The notes under the pieces were generated by a model. It was not told the origin of the DNA. It made no database searches and saw only the letters and a list, made by a program, of their open reading frames with translations. DNA of 32,000 nt. Origin: Nitrososphaera viennensis EN76 (GTDB lineage: Archaea > Thermoproteota > Nitrososphaeria > Nitrososphaerales > Nitrososphaeraceae). Shown in pieces: positions 23,985-32,000 of the stretch. Numbering within the stretch: position 1 is the first letter of the stretch; each line of letters opens with the position of its first letter. Where the stretch lies: contig NZ_CP007536.1 of the NCBI RefSeq assembly GCF_000698785.1, forward strand, positions 1,110,001 through 1,142,000. The letters are read 5' to 3'. The translations under genes and the position numbers were made by a program.

Positions 23985-24513
23985 ACTTTTTCAGCACACC
24001 CCTCTTGAATTTCATCGACGCCTCGTGTATTGTGTGGTACAGCTCTTTTTCCTCCGCTGCAAGCCGGCCTTCCAGCTCTGCCGACAGCGGCGACGCCGCG
24101 GCTAGTTTTACGATCTTTTCAAGCCGCGACGCGACAAACGTGTTGAGCGACACCGCCAGGTTTTCGCGCTCGCGCTCCCTCAGCGTGTCGAGGTGGTCGT
24201 TTACCCGCACGTAAAAGTCGATGTCGATGCCCGACAGGTCGTGCGGCCTTGCGATGCGCTCGCGGTTTAGCGTCCTTGAAATGTAGCCGGCAGTGTCGTT
24301 TGACTGGATCTCGATTGCGCCCTGCTCTGAAAGGATCTTGGCGACCCAGCGCGGGAGCGAAGACATGTCTCCCTCCTTTGCGTCAACTGCCACCGCGCCC
24401 ACTGCCATCTTGACGTCCCGCTTGTAGGAGATCCTGACTTCCTCGTTCATGTAGCCGACGTGGTAGGCGTCCTGTATAGCTTCAATCCTGCTGTCGGCGG
24501 GCGAATCGGCCAT
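23977..24513 (-). CDS. gins23: GINS subunit (Gins23-like)
   Basis: About 178 aa from the ATG at 24513 (the ORF track starts at TTG 24531). 'LPRWVAKILSEQGAIEI' is a B-domain-like N-terminus, and the helical C-terminus contains 'EEKELYHTI'. Its position directly upstream of mcm matches Sulfolobus gins23-mcm. Confidence 0.65.
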   Translation of the reverse strand: MADSPADSRIEAIQDAYHVGYMNEEVRISYKRDVKMAVGAVAVDAKEGDMSSLPRWVAKILSEQGAIEIQSNDTAGYISRTLNRERIARPHDLSGIDIDFYVRVNDHLDTLRERERENLAVSLNTFVASRLEKIVKLAAASPLSAELEGRLAAEEKELYHTIHEASMKFKRGVLKKFG

Positions 24514-24705
24514 AGTCGGTAAATTGTACAAGCCCGTGTTCAGTTATATCTTTTGTTGGAACGATTTTAGCTGAGCTCTCAGCTAGCTCATATAAGCTCG
24601 GGTAAAACAAGCTTTTCCGCGGCAGCAATCTATTAATCCTTTGCAGGGGCTGAAAAGGGTTGCTTGTCGTCAGTAACAACAAAAAAGAGCGACCTTGCCA
24701 GCCTG

Positions 24706-25677
24706 ATGTGGACGGAAAAGTACCGCCCGCAGAAACTGGAGGACGTTGTCGGCCAGAAGGACATCATCAAGGGCATTTCAAACCTCATCAAGGGCCGCGA
24801 CCTGCCGCACATGCTGTTTTCCGGGCCTGCCGGCGTGGGCAAGACCACGGCTGCGCTCTGCATCGTAAAGGAACTTTTTGGCACAAGCTGGAGGGACAAC
24901 GTGCTCCAGCTCAACGCGTCTGACGAGCGAGGCATAAAGATGGTGCGCGAAAAAGTCAAAGAGTTCACGAGGTGGGGCTCACCCACTGGCGAGCAGGAAA
25001 CAAAAGAGCTCTTCAAGATAATAATCCTGGACGAGGCCGACGAGATGACATCGGAGGCGCAGACTGCCCTGCGCAGGATGATGGAAGACGGCGCAAGGAC
25101 GACGCGCTTTATCATTATTTGTAATTATTTGTCGCAGATAATCGAGCCCATACAGAGCAGGTGCGTCGTTTTCAGGTTCACGCGCCTGCCAAAGGAAGTC
25201 GTGCTTGAGCACATGGAGGAAATCGCCAAAAAAGAGGGAGTCAAGTACGACGAAAAAGCTCTTGCCCACATCTACGACGCCACGGGCGGAGACATGCGCC
25301 ACTCGATAAACATCATGCAGGCGGCCGCAGGGATGGGCGCCATAAATTCTGCCAACGTGACTTCTGCTATCGGGCTTTCCGGCAGGTCCAAGGTGGGCGA
25401 AGTGGTGAAGCTTGCCCTTGCCGGCAAGTTCAACGAGGCCCGCGCAAAGCTATTGGAACTGACGCAGGTGTACGGCATGTCCGAGGGCGACTTTATGAAG
25501 TACGCAAGCCAGGAGGCTTACGAGATGAAGCTGGAGAACCCCGGCCAGTTTGCAGAGATAATGGCGGAATACGATTACAGGCTTGCATCGGGCGCGCACC
25601 CCGAGATACAGATGGCCGCGCTCCTAGCGCAGCTGGGAAAACTGGGCGGCAGTAGTAGTAGTGGCAAGAAAGACTAG
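24706..25677 (+). CDS. rfcS: replication factor C small subunit
   Basis: 'MWTEKYRPQKLEDVVGQ', Walker A 'GPAGVGKTT', 'ILDEADEMT' and 'SRC' motif 'IQSRCVVFRF'. The ATG at 24706 is preferred over the TTG at 24664. Confidence 0.95.
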   Translation: MWTEKYRPQKLEDVVGQKDIIKGISNLIKGRDLPHMLFSGPAGVGKTTAALCIVKELFGTSWRDNVLQLNASDERGIKMVREKVKEFTRWGSPTGEQETKELFKIIILDEADEMTSEAQTALRRMMEDGARTTRFIIICNYLSQIIEPIQSRCVVFRFTRLPKEVVLEHMEEIAKKEGVKYDEKALAHIYDATGGDMRHSINIMQAAAGMGAINSANVTSAIGLSGRSKVGEVVKLALAGKFNEARAKLLELTQVYGMSEGDFMKYASQEAYEMKLENPGQFAEIMAEYDYRLASGAHPEIQMAALLAQLGKLGGSSSSGKKD

Positions 25678-25680
25678 CTA

Positions 25681-25953
25681 CTAGTACTCTTCCTCAAACT
25701 CTTCGCCAGACTCTTCTTCCTCCACTTCCTCAAAGTCTTCCTCGAGTTCCTCGCGCTCTTCTGCGCTCTTGTAGGGAAGGTCGGCCTCGCCGGGCGCGCC
25801 GCAGACCGGGCACTTGAACTCTATTGTCTGGCCCTCGAGGTCAAGAGGGAATTCCTTCTGGAATACCTCGTCGCATTTTGAGCACACCAGCGTAGTCTGT
25901 ATGTTGTCTTGGCTGAATTTGTGTGCCTGCACCCGGAAAGAAGTGTTGGCCAA
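25681..25953 (-). CDS. zinc-ribbon protein with a strongly acidic C-terminal tail
   Basis: 90 aa. Two CxxC pairs (CSKC ... CPVC) followed by 'AEEREELEEDFEEVEEEESGEEFEEEY'. A TATA-like 'ttataaaaaa' (minus strand) lies about 35-45 nt upstream. Confidence 0.6.
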   Translation of the reverse strand: MANTSFRVQAHKFSQDNIQTTLVCSKCDEVFQKEFPLDLEGQTIEFKCPVCGAPGEADLPYKSAEEREELEEDFEEVEEEESGEEFEEEY

Positions 25954-26122
25954 TATTCGACTTGGTATTGGATAGCTGCTTTTTTATAAGCGTTCGTGTC
26001 CTCGGCTCTGGTATCTAATACGGGAAGGCAGGTCAGCACGGGCTTACCAGATAAGGTTGCAATGACGCACTTGGTAAGTTATTACTACTGCAATTAAATA
26101 CTCCGCTCCCTAACATAAGGGC

Positions 26123-27019
26123 ATGACGATAACAAGATCGGTCAAGAAAATAGTAAACAGCATTGCAACAATGGAAGGCGAGGGCTTTCTCGTCCACAGG
26201 TCGTTTCCCACGAACGCGCTGATGCAGTTTGACCCGTTCCTGCTCCTTGACGAGATGGGCCCAAAAGAGTACGGGCCGGGAGAGGCCAAGGGCGCGCCTG
26301 ACCACCCCCACCGCGGGTTTGAGACTGTCACCTACATGCTTGAGGGGAGCTTTCAGCACAAGGACTCTAACGGCAGCGAAGGCCGGCTTGGGCCCGGCGA
26401 CGTGCAGTGGATGACTGCCGGCGCTGGCGTGGTGCACTCGGAAATGCCGGCAAAAGAGTTTGCGGGCACCGGCGGGCGCCTGCACGGGTTCCAGCTGTGG
26501 GTAAACCTTCCAAAGCGCGACAAGATGGCCAAGCCCCGCTACCAGGACATCCCCGCGGCAAAGATACCCGTCGCAAGCGCGCAAGGCGCAAATGTGCGCG
26601 TGATAGCAGGAGAGGCGCTTGGCAAAAAGGCAGTCATTGACACGCGAACGCCCATAATGTACCTGCATTATACGCTCAAGCCGGGCGCAAGGATTGAGCA
26701 GCAGGTGCCACGCGAATACAACGCGTTTGCGTACGTGGTCGAAGGCGAGGGCGAGTTTGGAAAAGAAGGAGGAGAAGAGGGAAAGGAGGAGAAGAGGGCA
26801 AAGCGCGGCCAGATGGCAATATTTGAGCGCGACGGCGACAGCGTGTCGATAGCTGCCCCAAAGGACGCGGCGTCTGACCTGAGCGTGCTCTTGATAGGCG
26901 GAGTTCCGCTCAACGAGCCCGTTGCCCGGTACGGGCCGTTTGTCATGAACACGCAGGAGGAGATCTACCAGGCGATAGAGGACTATCGCGCAGGGAGGTT
27001 TGGCAGGATCGGCTTTTAG
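26123..27019 (+). CDS. pirin family protein
   Basis: 298 aa. 'HPHRGFETVTYMLEG', 'QWMTAGAGVVHSEMP' and 'GFQLWVNLP' are canonical pirin cupin motifs. Confidence 0.9.
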   Translation: MTITRSVKKIVNSIATMEGEGFLVHRSFPTNALMQFDPFLLLDEMGPKEYGPGEAKGAPDHPHRGFETVTYMLEGSFQHKDSNGSEGRLGPGDVQWMTAGAGVVHSEMPAKEFAGTGGRLHGFQLWVNLPKRDKMAKPRYQDIPAAKIPVASAQGANVRVIAGEALGKKAVIDTRTPIMYLHYTLKPGARIEQQVPREYNAFAYVVEGEGEFGKEGGEEGKEEKRAKRGQMAIFERDGDSVSIAAPKDAASDLSVLLIGGVPLNEPVARYGPFVMNTQEEIYQAIEDYRAGRFGRIGF

Positions 27020-27088
27020 CCACAATCTTGCTGCTGATGACGATGATGATGGTGATTATTATTAGTGGCGGGGCGTTTGCGGGCGGGG

Positions 27089-28159
27089 CTAGTTCTTGCC
27101 GGCAAGGACCTGCTCGGCGTCCTCCTCTCCCTCCCGTATCAGTTTTCGGATGGTCGAGATTGAAAAGTCGGTGTCCTCGAATATGAACGGGACGTCTTCC
27201 TTGCGCTCTATTTTCACCACGTTTTCGATTATCGCCCCGCGCTCGCGGGCGACGCGCTGGTACCTCTTTTCTATCTTGGCAAACTCTTCCTTCTTCTTGG
27301 CGTCATCAAGGGGCGTGTTGCTGATGATAAACTCGTACATGTCGCGCAGGAGCCCCTGGTAGCGCTTGACCGCCTTGGACATCTTGATGTTGTGCTCGGT
27401 CTTGTCGGCATACATGATGTCCCTTGCCCTGTGCAGCGAGTCCACCATGCTCTCCGGCAGGCGGTCCTGGTACTTGGGGAACAGGTTGACGATGTAGACG
27501 CGCTTGTCGTTTCTTGGCGACTCGGCTATCACTTCGCGAAGGGGCGTGTTGCTCATCAGGCTGCCGTCCCACAGGTAGCGTCCGTCCACCTTTGTCCATG
27601 ATATTCCGTAAAAGGGAAAGCCGGCGCAGGCAGTCAGGTGCTCTGCCGTCATGCTCTGGCGGTGGCTGTCAAACACCACCGAATCGCTCTTCTGTATGTC
27701 CGTCGCGGTGACTATCAGGCGGGGCAGGTTGCGGGGCGAGAGTTTTTCAAAGTCGATGTAGCGCTCAAGCGTGGATTTCAGAGGATCCAGGTCGTACAGG
27801 TGCGGCGAGTTTGGCACGAGTGGCCACGACGGCGCAAACATCCTTGCATTGCCGTACGTCGCGCTGAACATCCACGCGGCCACGCTGCGCGCCTTGTCTG
27901 AAAGCAGCATCACGGGAGTCACGTACTCGGCGATATGCAGCCAGAAATCCTCGAGATCCTTTGCAGGCTGGCCACTTTTAGAGCCGGCTATGATGCCGGC
28001 GTTGATGGCGCCAATCGACGTGCCGGCGACGATGTCGAATTTTATGCCGTGGCGCTCCAGCATCTTGTACACGCCGCACTCGTACGCGCCAAGCGAGCCC
28101 CCGCCCTGCATGACAAGGACCGTCTCAAACTGGATCTTGTGCAGTTCTTCGCTTTCCAT
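27089..28159 (-). CDS. patatin-like phospholipase
   Basis: 356 aa. Oxyanion 'MQGGGSLGAY', nucleophile elbow 'AGTSIGA' (GxSxG) and a later 'DGS' (catalytic Asp context 'LWDGSL'). Confidence 0.85.
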   Translation of the reverse strand: MESEELHKIQFETVLVMQGGGSLGAYECGVYKMLERHGIKFDIVAGTSIGAINAGIIAGSKSGQPAKDLEDFWLHIAEYVTPVMLLSDKARSVAAWMFSATYGNARMFAPSWPLVPNSPHLYDLDPLKSTLERYIDFEKLSPRNLPRLIVTATDIQKSDSVVFDSHRQSMTAEHLTACAGFPFYGISWTKVDGRYLWDGSLMSNTPLREVIAESPRNDKRVYIVNLFPKYQDRLPESMVDSLHRARDIMYADKTEHNIKMSKAVKRYQGLLRDMYEFIISNTPLDDAKKKEEFAKIEKRYQRVARERGAIIENVVKIERKEDVPFIFEDTDFSISTIRKLIREGEEDAEQVLAGKN

Positions 28160-28223
28160 GTGTGTGCGCTTTAATAATTCGCGTCCAACACTTTTAAGGG
28201 CTTGGAGCCTGGCCGGGCCTGGC

Positions 28224-30587
28224 TCAGTGGTCCCCGATGTCGATGTCCTTGTCGGCCCTGCTGCCGCCGCTGCTGCTGCCCGTAGCCGGCTTGTCTAGGT
28301 CTGCGCGCGACTTTCTTGCAGTCTCGATGGCCTTCTTGCGCCTTGGCTGCAGCCATAGCACGTATATCGAGCCTGCAAGGTAGACTGCAAGCAGCGCCAC
28401 CTGCGCCACCACGGTCTCCAGCGTCGGGTGGATGCCAGTCATGGCTGCAAGGTTGATGTCAAGGCGAGGTATCGTCCCTATCATGTGCGTGGTCTCTATC
28501 AGGCCTATCTCCTGAAACTCCCGGATGGCGTTGCCCATGAACGCAATTGACATGTACGCGCCCACGCCCATCGTGAGCCCAAAGAGCACTCGCAGCGGGA
28601 GCTTTTTGCCCAGCTTGCGCACAAGGAAAGTCACGCCGATTATGATGCCAAGGCCAATAATCAGGCCGGCGGCCACGTAGAGCTCCATATATCTTGCGTA
28701 CGACATCATGGCCTGGTAAAACAGCACGGTCTCAAAGCCCTCCCGGTACACGGTAAAGAAGGAGAGCATGACGAAAACCATGACGCTCCCGGTAGTCGTC
28801 GCCTTCCACACCTTGGCCTTGACAAACTCGATCCACTTTTTCGTCTCGACCTTGTTGAGTATCCAGAAGCTGACCCAGAACAGCACGGCCACCGCAGAGA
28901 TGCCGGCCACGGCCTCTATGATGGAGGCGTTTGCACCCGAGATATCGATGAGAAACTGGGCGGCAAACCACGTGGCCGCGGTGCCGGCAAACGCAAGGAC
29001 TATGCCATAATAGACGTGCTTTTTAAAGCGCTCGTTCCTCGACGCTTCAAGATAGGTGAGGATGGCGCCGATGATGAGCGCCGACTCTAATCCTTCGCGG
29101 AATATTATGGAAAACGACGTTGAAAACGCTATTGCGGGTGCAAGCGAGCCGGTGCCTGTCACCAGCCTTTCGGACTCGTCGAGTCCCCTCCTTATCTCCA
29201 CCGCCTTTGCCGCGACCTGCTCGTACGGGGCGCCTGCCTGCATCAGGTTGCGCAGTTCTGCGAACTTGATCTCCATCTCCAGCGTAAAGTCTGGGTTTAT
29301 CGGCCTGAGCGGGATCTCGATGTTTTCATAGCTGTCAAGGTACGCCGAGCGCGACGCCTGGATTGCGCCCTTTGCATCGCCGTCGCGGTATATCCTTAGC
29401 GCGTCGTCGAGCTTGACCCTTATCTGGTCAATGTTCTGGCGCACCTCCTCCTTGGCAGAGTCGGCCGCGTCGCCCCGCTCCTTTATCGGGCCTTCGTAGG
29501 CCCCAAAGCCCTGGCTCAGCTCGTCAATGCTGGCAAAAGAAGAGCCGGACCCTGCCGCAGCTTGCGCGGAATAGCCGGGGTCGCTCTTGAGCAGGCCTTC
29601 AGCGGCGTCAAGGTTGGCAAGGATGGCATTTATGTGGTCCTGTATGGCAGAAGGAGACTCGCGGTCCTGGATCTTTTCGCGCAGCTGCACCCTCATCTGC
29701 TGCTCGATGGTGGTCATGAGTTTCGCATCGTGCTTTTCAATGGGCGCCTCCAGGAACTCGTAATTGTCAAGGTATGCGGTGATGCCGTCCTGCTCGGCCT
29801 GGGCATAGTCGCCGGCCTGCACCCCGCTTACCACCTTTGCCAAGAGATCCCTGATGGTCGTAAAGTACTGGGCATAGCCGCCCGAGCCCTCGGCACCTTC
29901 AGACGACAGGTTCTCTGCAAGGTCACGCTCTATTGCGGCCTGGAGACGGGCCACCGAGTCGGCGCCGGCCTTTTGCGCCATTGCGGCCTTCATGTCTGAA
30001 AAGAACGACTCGATCTCTGCCTTTCTCTGCTCTTCCATCGAGCCGGATAATGTCGACTGGTATTTTGCGTAGGCCGTGTCTACGAGGCCGGCCGCGCTCT
30101 GGTAGTCTTGCTGCCTGTAAGACTGCACGGCGTCGCGCAAGAGAAACGCCGCCACCTGCGACACCGCGTCCTTGTCCGACGCCTTGCCCGTCTTTGCGCC
30201 AAGCGAGTCAAGCAGGGCGTATATCTGCGGCGATGCCTGCCCCTTTGCCTGCTCTGCAGAGAGCGTGCCGTCCTTTATCTGAAAGGCATAGTCGGTCAGC
30301 GCGGATTCCAGTTGCCCAGTAGAGCCGGCGTCAAGCGCGCCCAATTGCCCTTTGACTGACGGAAATATGGTCGTATGAGAGATAAATGCGTGTGAAAACG
30401 CGCTGTCCCTGTCGCCGGCCTGAAGCATGTTTTCTGCAAGCTGGACCTGTGTCCTGATGCGCTCCAGGTTTACAAGAACTACAATTGCGTCGGAATCGCT
30501 GGCCTGTGCAAAGGCAACAGCAGGCAGCATGGCGGCAACTATTAGAAGAACGAGTAATGCAGGGATAACGATGTTCCTGGTTTCCAT
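28224..30587 (-). CDS. FTR1/EfeU-family iron permease fused to a large N-terminal extracytoplasmic helical domain
   Basis: Two REXXE motifs ('REGLE' at 29085-29099, 'REGFE' at 28731-28745) sit in a 7-TM-like C-terminal half. A signal/anchor peptide is followed by about 450 aa of Ala/Gln/Glu/Asp-rich helical sequence (29145-30506). The ATG at 30587 is preferred over the TTG at 30596. Confidence 0.85.
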   Translation of the reverse strand: METRNIVIPALLVLLIVAAMLPAVAFAQASDSDAIVVLVNLERIRTQVQLAENMLQAGDRDSAFSHAFISHTTIFPSVKGQLGALDAGSTGQLESALTDYAFQIKDGTLSAEQAKGQASPQIYALLDSLGAKTGKASDKDAVSQVAAFLLRDAVQSYRQQDYQSAAGLVDTAYAKYQSTLSGSMEEQRKAEIESFFSDMKAAMAQKAGADSVARLQAAIERDLAENLSSEGAEGSGGYAQYFTTIRDLLAKVVSGVQAGDYAQAEQDGITAYLDNYEFLEAPIEKHDAKLMTTIEQQMRVQLREKIQDRESPSAIQDHINAILANLDAAEGLLKSDPGYSAQAAAGSGSSFASIDELSQGFGAYEGPIKERGDAADSAKEEVRQNIDQIRVKLDDALRIYRDGDAKGAIQASRSAYLDSYENIEIPLRPINPDFTLEMEIKFAELRNLMQAGAPYEQVAAKAVEIRRGLDESERLVTGTGSLAPAIAFSTSFSIIFREGLESALIIGAILTYLEASRNERFKKHVYYGIVLAFAGTAATWFAAQFLIDISGANASIIEAVAGISAVAVLFWVSFWILNKVETKKWIEFVKAKVWKATTTGSVMVFVMLSFFTVYREGFETVLFYQAMMSYARYMELYVAAGLIIGLGIIIGVTFLVRKLGKKLPLRVLFGLTMGVGAYMSIAFMGNAIREFQEIGLIETTHMIGTIPRLDINLAAMTGIHPTLETVVAQVALLAVYLAGSIYVLWLQPRRKKAIETARKSRADLDKPATGSSSGGSRADKDIDIGDH

Positions 30588-30672
30588 TATTATCAACCAC
30601 CAACTGTCACGCGCGTCAGCAACAACACAATTAGGCTTACCTAATTCGTGACTATATTTAAACCATCTTTGT

Positions 30673-30705
30673 GAGAAAGGGGAGAAAGAAAAAGAGAAGA
30701 GAAGA
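30673..30705 (-). terminator. homopyrimidine/oligo-T tract downstream of rps7 (candidate archaeal terminator)
   Basis: A 33-nt uninterrupted purine run on the plus strand, which is a pyrimidine run on the minus strand including TTTTT (30689-30693). It starts 18 nt after the uS7 stop. Archaeal termination commonly uses oligo-T. Confidence 0.35.
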
Positions 30706-30722
30706 TAGATAGTTGTGATGGC

Positions 30723-31328
30723 TTAACGTGAAGCCATCGCGATTCTTTCTTGCTCGTTCTTTTTCTTGACGGCGTGGCTGGCCATGTCGTTGTTTGAGGC
30801 CAGGATTATCTCCTTTGCCAGCGCTTCTTCAATCGTCTGCGGGTTGCCGTATGTGGATTCCCTCACGCCTTCTGCGATGAAGCGGAGCGCAAGGTCGACC
30901 CTGCGCAGCGGGGCGACGTCCACCGACACATGGTAGACTACACCACCGTACACGATGCGGGTCGTGTCCTCGTTTGGGGACGAGTTTTCAATAGCGCGAA
31001 CGAGAAGTTCCACGGGGTTCTTGCCTGTTTCTAGGTGGATGATGTCAAAGGCCGTGCGTACCATGTTGAGGGCGCGCGCCTTCTTGCCTCCCATCCTGCC
31101 CGTGTTCTTGGCGTATTTCTTGCCGAAATGCATCATCTTGTTTGCGAGCCTCTCGACAATGTTGACGTCTGCCTTTTTCAGGCGCTGGCGCTCGTGCCTT
31201 CCAAAGGTGTTCGGGAGGACTGCCGGCTTTAACGAGATTGCCGTCTTTAGGCCGGGGTCGTTTATCTCGATCTCCTTGGTCTCCCACTTGTTGAAAAGCG
31301 TGATAGTTACCTGCTCTTTTCCGCTCAT
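30723..31328 (-). CDS. rps7: 30S ribosomal protein uS7
   Basis: The ATG at 31328 overlaps the uS12 stop (ATGA). '[16 protein letters not shown]...[27 protein letters not shown]...' is archaeal S7. The 76-codon upstream extension in the ORF track is Arg-rich and overlaps rps12. Confidence 0.95.
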   Translation of the reverse strand: MSGKEQVTITLFNKWETKEIEINDPGLKTAISLKPAVLPNTFGRHERQRLKKADVNIVERLANKMMHFGKKYAKNTGRMGGKKARALNMVRTAFDIIHLETGKNPVELLVRAIENSSPNEDTTRIVYGGVVYHVSVDVAPLRRVDLALRFIAEGVRESTYGNPQTIEEALAKEIILASNNDMASHAVKKKNEQERIAMASR

Positions 31329-31762
31329 CTTCTCGGCTTCTCCTTTCTTCCGTATACGAGCTCTTTGAGCGAGACGCCGTTTACCTTGAACACCTGCCAC
31401 CTGACACCAGGGATGTCGCCCATTGCGCCACCCATGGAGCCTCCGATGCCCTCGACCATGACCTCGTCGTGCTCGTCGACAAAGTTGAGAGCGCCGTCCC
31501 TCGGGAGGAAGGCGGTGACGGACTTGCCGTTCTTTATCAGCTGCACCCTGACGCACTTGCGCACGGCAGAGTTTGGCTGCTTCGACTCGATGCCTACTTT
31601 TTCCAGCACAATGCCTCTTGCCTGGGGCGCGCCCTCTAGAGGGTTTGCCTTCTTGTCAAGCATAAGCATACGTCTCTTGTAATACTTGTCTGCCCACCTG
31701 CCGCGGCTCTTCTTCGTCTTGAGCACGCCGCCGGCAAACAATCCTAGTGGAGATTTACCCAT
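31325..31762 (-). CDS. rps12: 30S ribosomal protein uS12
   Basis: 145 aa. '[41 protein letters not shown]' is canonical archaeal S12. Confidence 0.95.
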   Translation of the reverse strand: MGKSPLGLFAGGVLKTKKSRGRWADKYYKRRMLMLDKKANPLEGAPQARGIVLEKVGIESKQPNSAVRKCVRVQLIKNGKSVTAFLPRDGALNFVDEHDEVMVEGIGGSMGGAMGDIPGVRWQVFKVNGVSLKELVYGRKEKPRR

Positions 31763-32000
31763 TATTCATATTCACCCTGTTTGCTATCTGCTGTTCCGGG
31801 CTTACGATCAGGACACTGGATATATGGAAGTATCGCTTTGCCAGGAGCCTTGCCTTCTCGGCATTCCTTCCTTCCCTGCCCACGACGGCGCCCTTTTTCT
31901 TGGCGTCGACCGTGACCACGGCCTGCTTGCTTCCGTCCATCCTCTCTGATATGCGCACGTCCGATACCATGTCGGCGTTGAGCATGTTGCGGATGAACTC
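31755..32000 (-). CDS. nusA: archaeal NusA-like KH-domain protein, C-terminal part (gene runs off the window)
   Basis: The frame is open to position 32000. '[20 protein letters not shown]' is a KH-domain GxxG-type segment. The nusA-rps12-rps7 order is the conserved archaeal arrangement. There is an 8-nt overlap with the rps12 start. Confidence 0.8.
   Translation of the reverse strand, partial: EFIRNMLNADMVSDVRISERMDGSKQAVVTVDAKKKGAVVGREGRNAEKARLLAKRYFHISSVLIVSPEQQIANRVNMNNG

Noticed and set aside
24532-24705. Divergent gins/rfc intergenic region as a possible replication origin
   Set aside because: There are no repeated ORB-like elements and no extended AT-rich unwinding stretch, only a 5-bp mini-palindrome (gctga/tcagc). 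No orc1/cdc6 gene is nearby.
24633-25115. 160-aa minus-strand ORF antisense to the RFC small subunit gene
   Set aside because: It is a shadow ORF; the RFC frame has complete Walker A/B and SRC motifs.
26033-27025. 330-aa ORF on the minus strand covering the whole pirin locus
   Set aside because: It is fully antisense to a gene with unmistakable pirin motifs. Its Arg/Leu/His/Ala/Val-rich, motif-free translation is typical of shadow ORFs in GC-rich DNA.
27020-27088. Trinucleotide-like run (gatgacgatgatgatggtgattattatta) followed by a G-rich gtggcggggcgtttgcgggcgggg between the convergent pirin and patatin genes; considered as a His-rich micro-ORF or a G-quadruplex
   Set aside because: There is no ORF with a start and sensible length. 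Only three G3+ runs are present, so a canonical G4 is not supported. It is most simply a spacer or terminator region.
27089-28159. Patatin-like phospholipase as a CBASS/defence effector
   Set aside because: There is no cyclase, sensor or other defence gene adjacent. The neighbours are pirin and an iron permease, and the architecture looks like the common stand-alone patatin family.
31329-31556. 76-codon N-terminal extension of the uS7 ORF given in the track (30723-31556)
   Set aside because: The extension is Arg/Gly/His-rich and lies entirely inside rps12 in another frame. The ATG at 31328 gives a canonical S7 N-terminus and an ATGA overlap with the rps12 stop.
1-32000. Search by eye for CRISPR arrays, tRNA/rRNA genes, transposases, integrases, long direct or terminal inverted repeats
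   Set aside because: None was recognised. The absence of short RNAs cannot be guaranteed without tRNAscan/Infernal-type scans.

Overview
This is a 32-kb archaeal chromosomal segment, densely coding on both strands. The gene content is archaeal and TACK-like: GatD/GatE, Hel308, MCM preceded by a GINS23-like gene, RFC small subunit, NusA-uS12-uS7, NurA-HerA, archaeal NMNAT and an AglH-like GT4. Together with the CopD-like, P-II, lamin-tail-domain and FTR1 proteins, it resembles a high-GC ammonia-oxidising thaumarchaeon (Nitrososphaerota). That taxon assignment is an inference, not something shown by the sequence. Hand counts of individual 60-nt lines give about 55-68% GC in core genes. Three AT-rich islets (3322-4480, 5919-6494, 10117-12282) give about 35-48% GC. 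I saw no rRNA, tRNA, CRISPR array, transposase or integrase. Many long ORFs in the six-frame track are antisense or alternate-frame shadows typical of GC-rich DNA and were not called. I did not find an unambiguous new multi-gene system. The best candidates for a second look are: (1) a tightly coupled minus-strand array GINS23-MCM-(SprT-like HExxH metalloprotease)-Hel308-GT4-small membrane protein, which places a putative DNA-protein-crosslink protease inside a replisome operon; (2) a nurA-herA pair with no mre11/rad50 in the window, divergently linked through one AT-rich palindrome to two architecturally similar small wHTH proteins whose genes converge and overlap; (3) an AT-rich islet encoding two secreted proteins, the second split into three ORFs by two +1-correctable frameshifts, one at a G8 homopolymer; (4) a second AT-rich islet with a frameshifted Doc toxin gene, a 40-codon upstream ORF and a cluster of strong dyad symmetries. 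Smaller oddities include a 15-of-21 histidine tail on NMNAT, an FTR1 permease fused to a ~450-aa internally duplicated extracytoplasmic domain, and a secreted LTD plus SNase-like protein whose canonical catalytic residues appear substituted. All family calls rest on motif recognition by eye. No database search was run.
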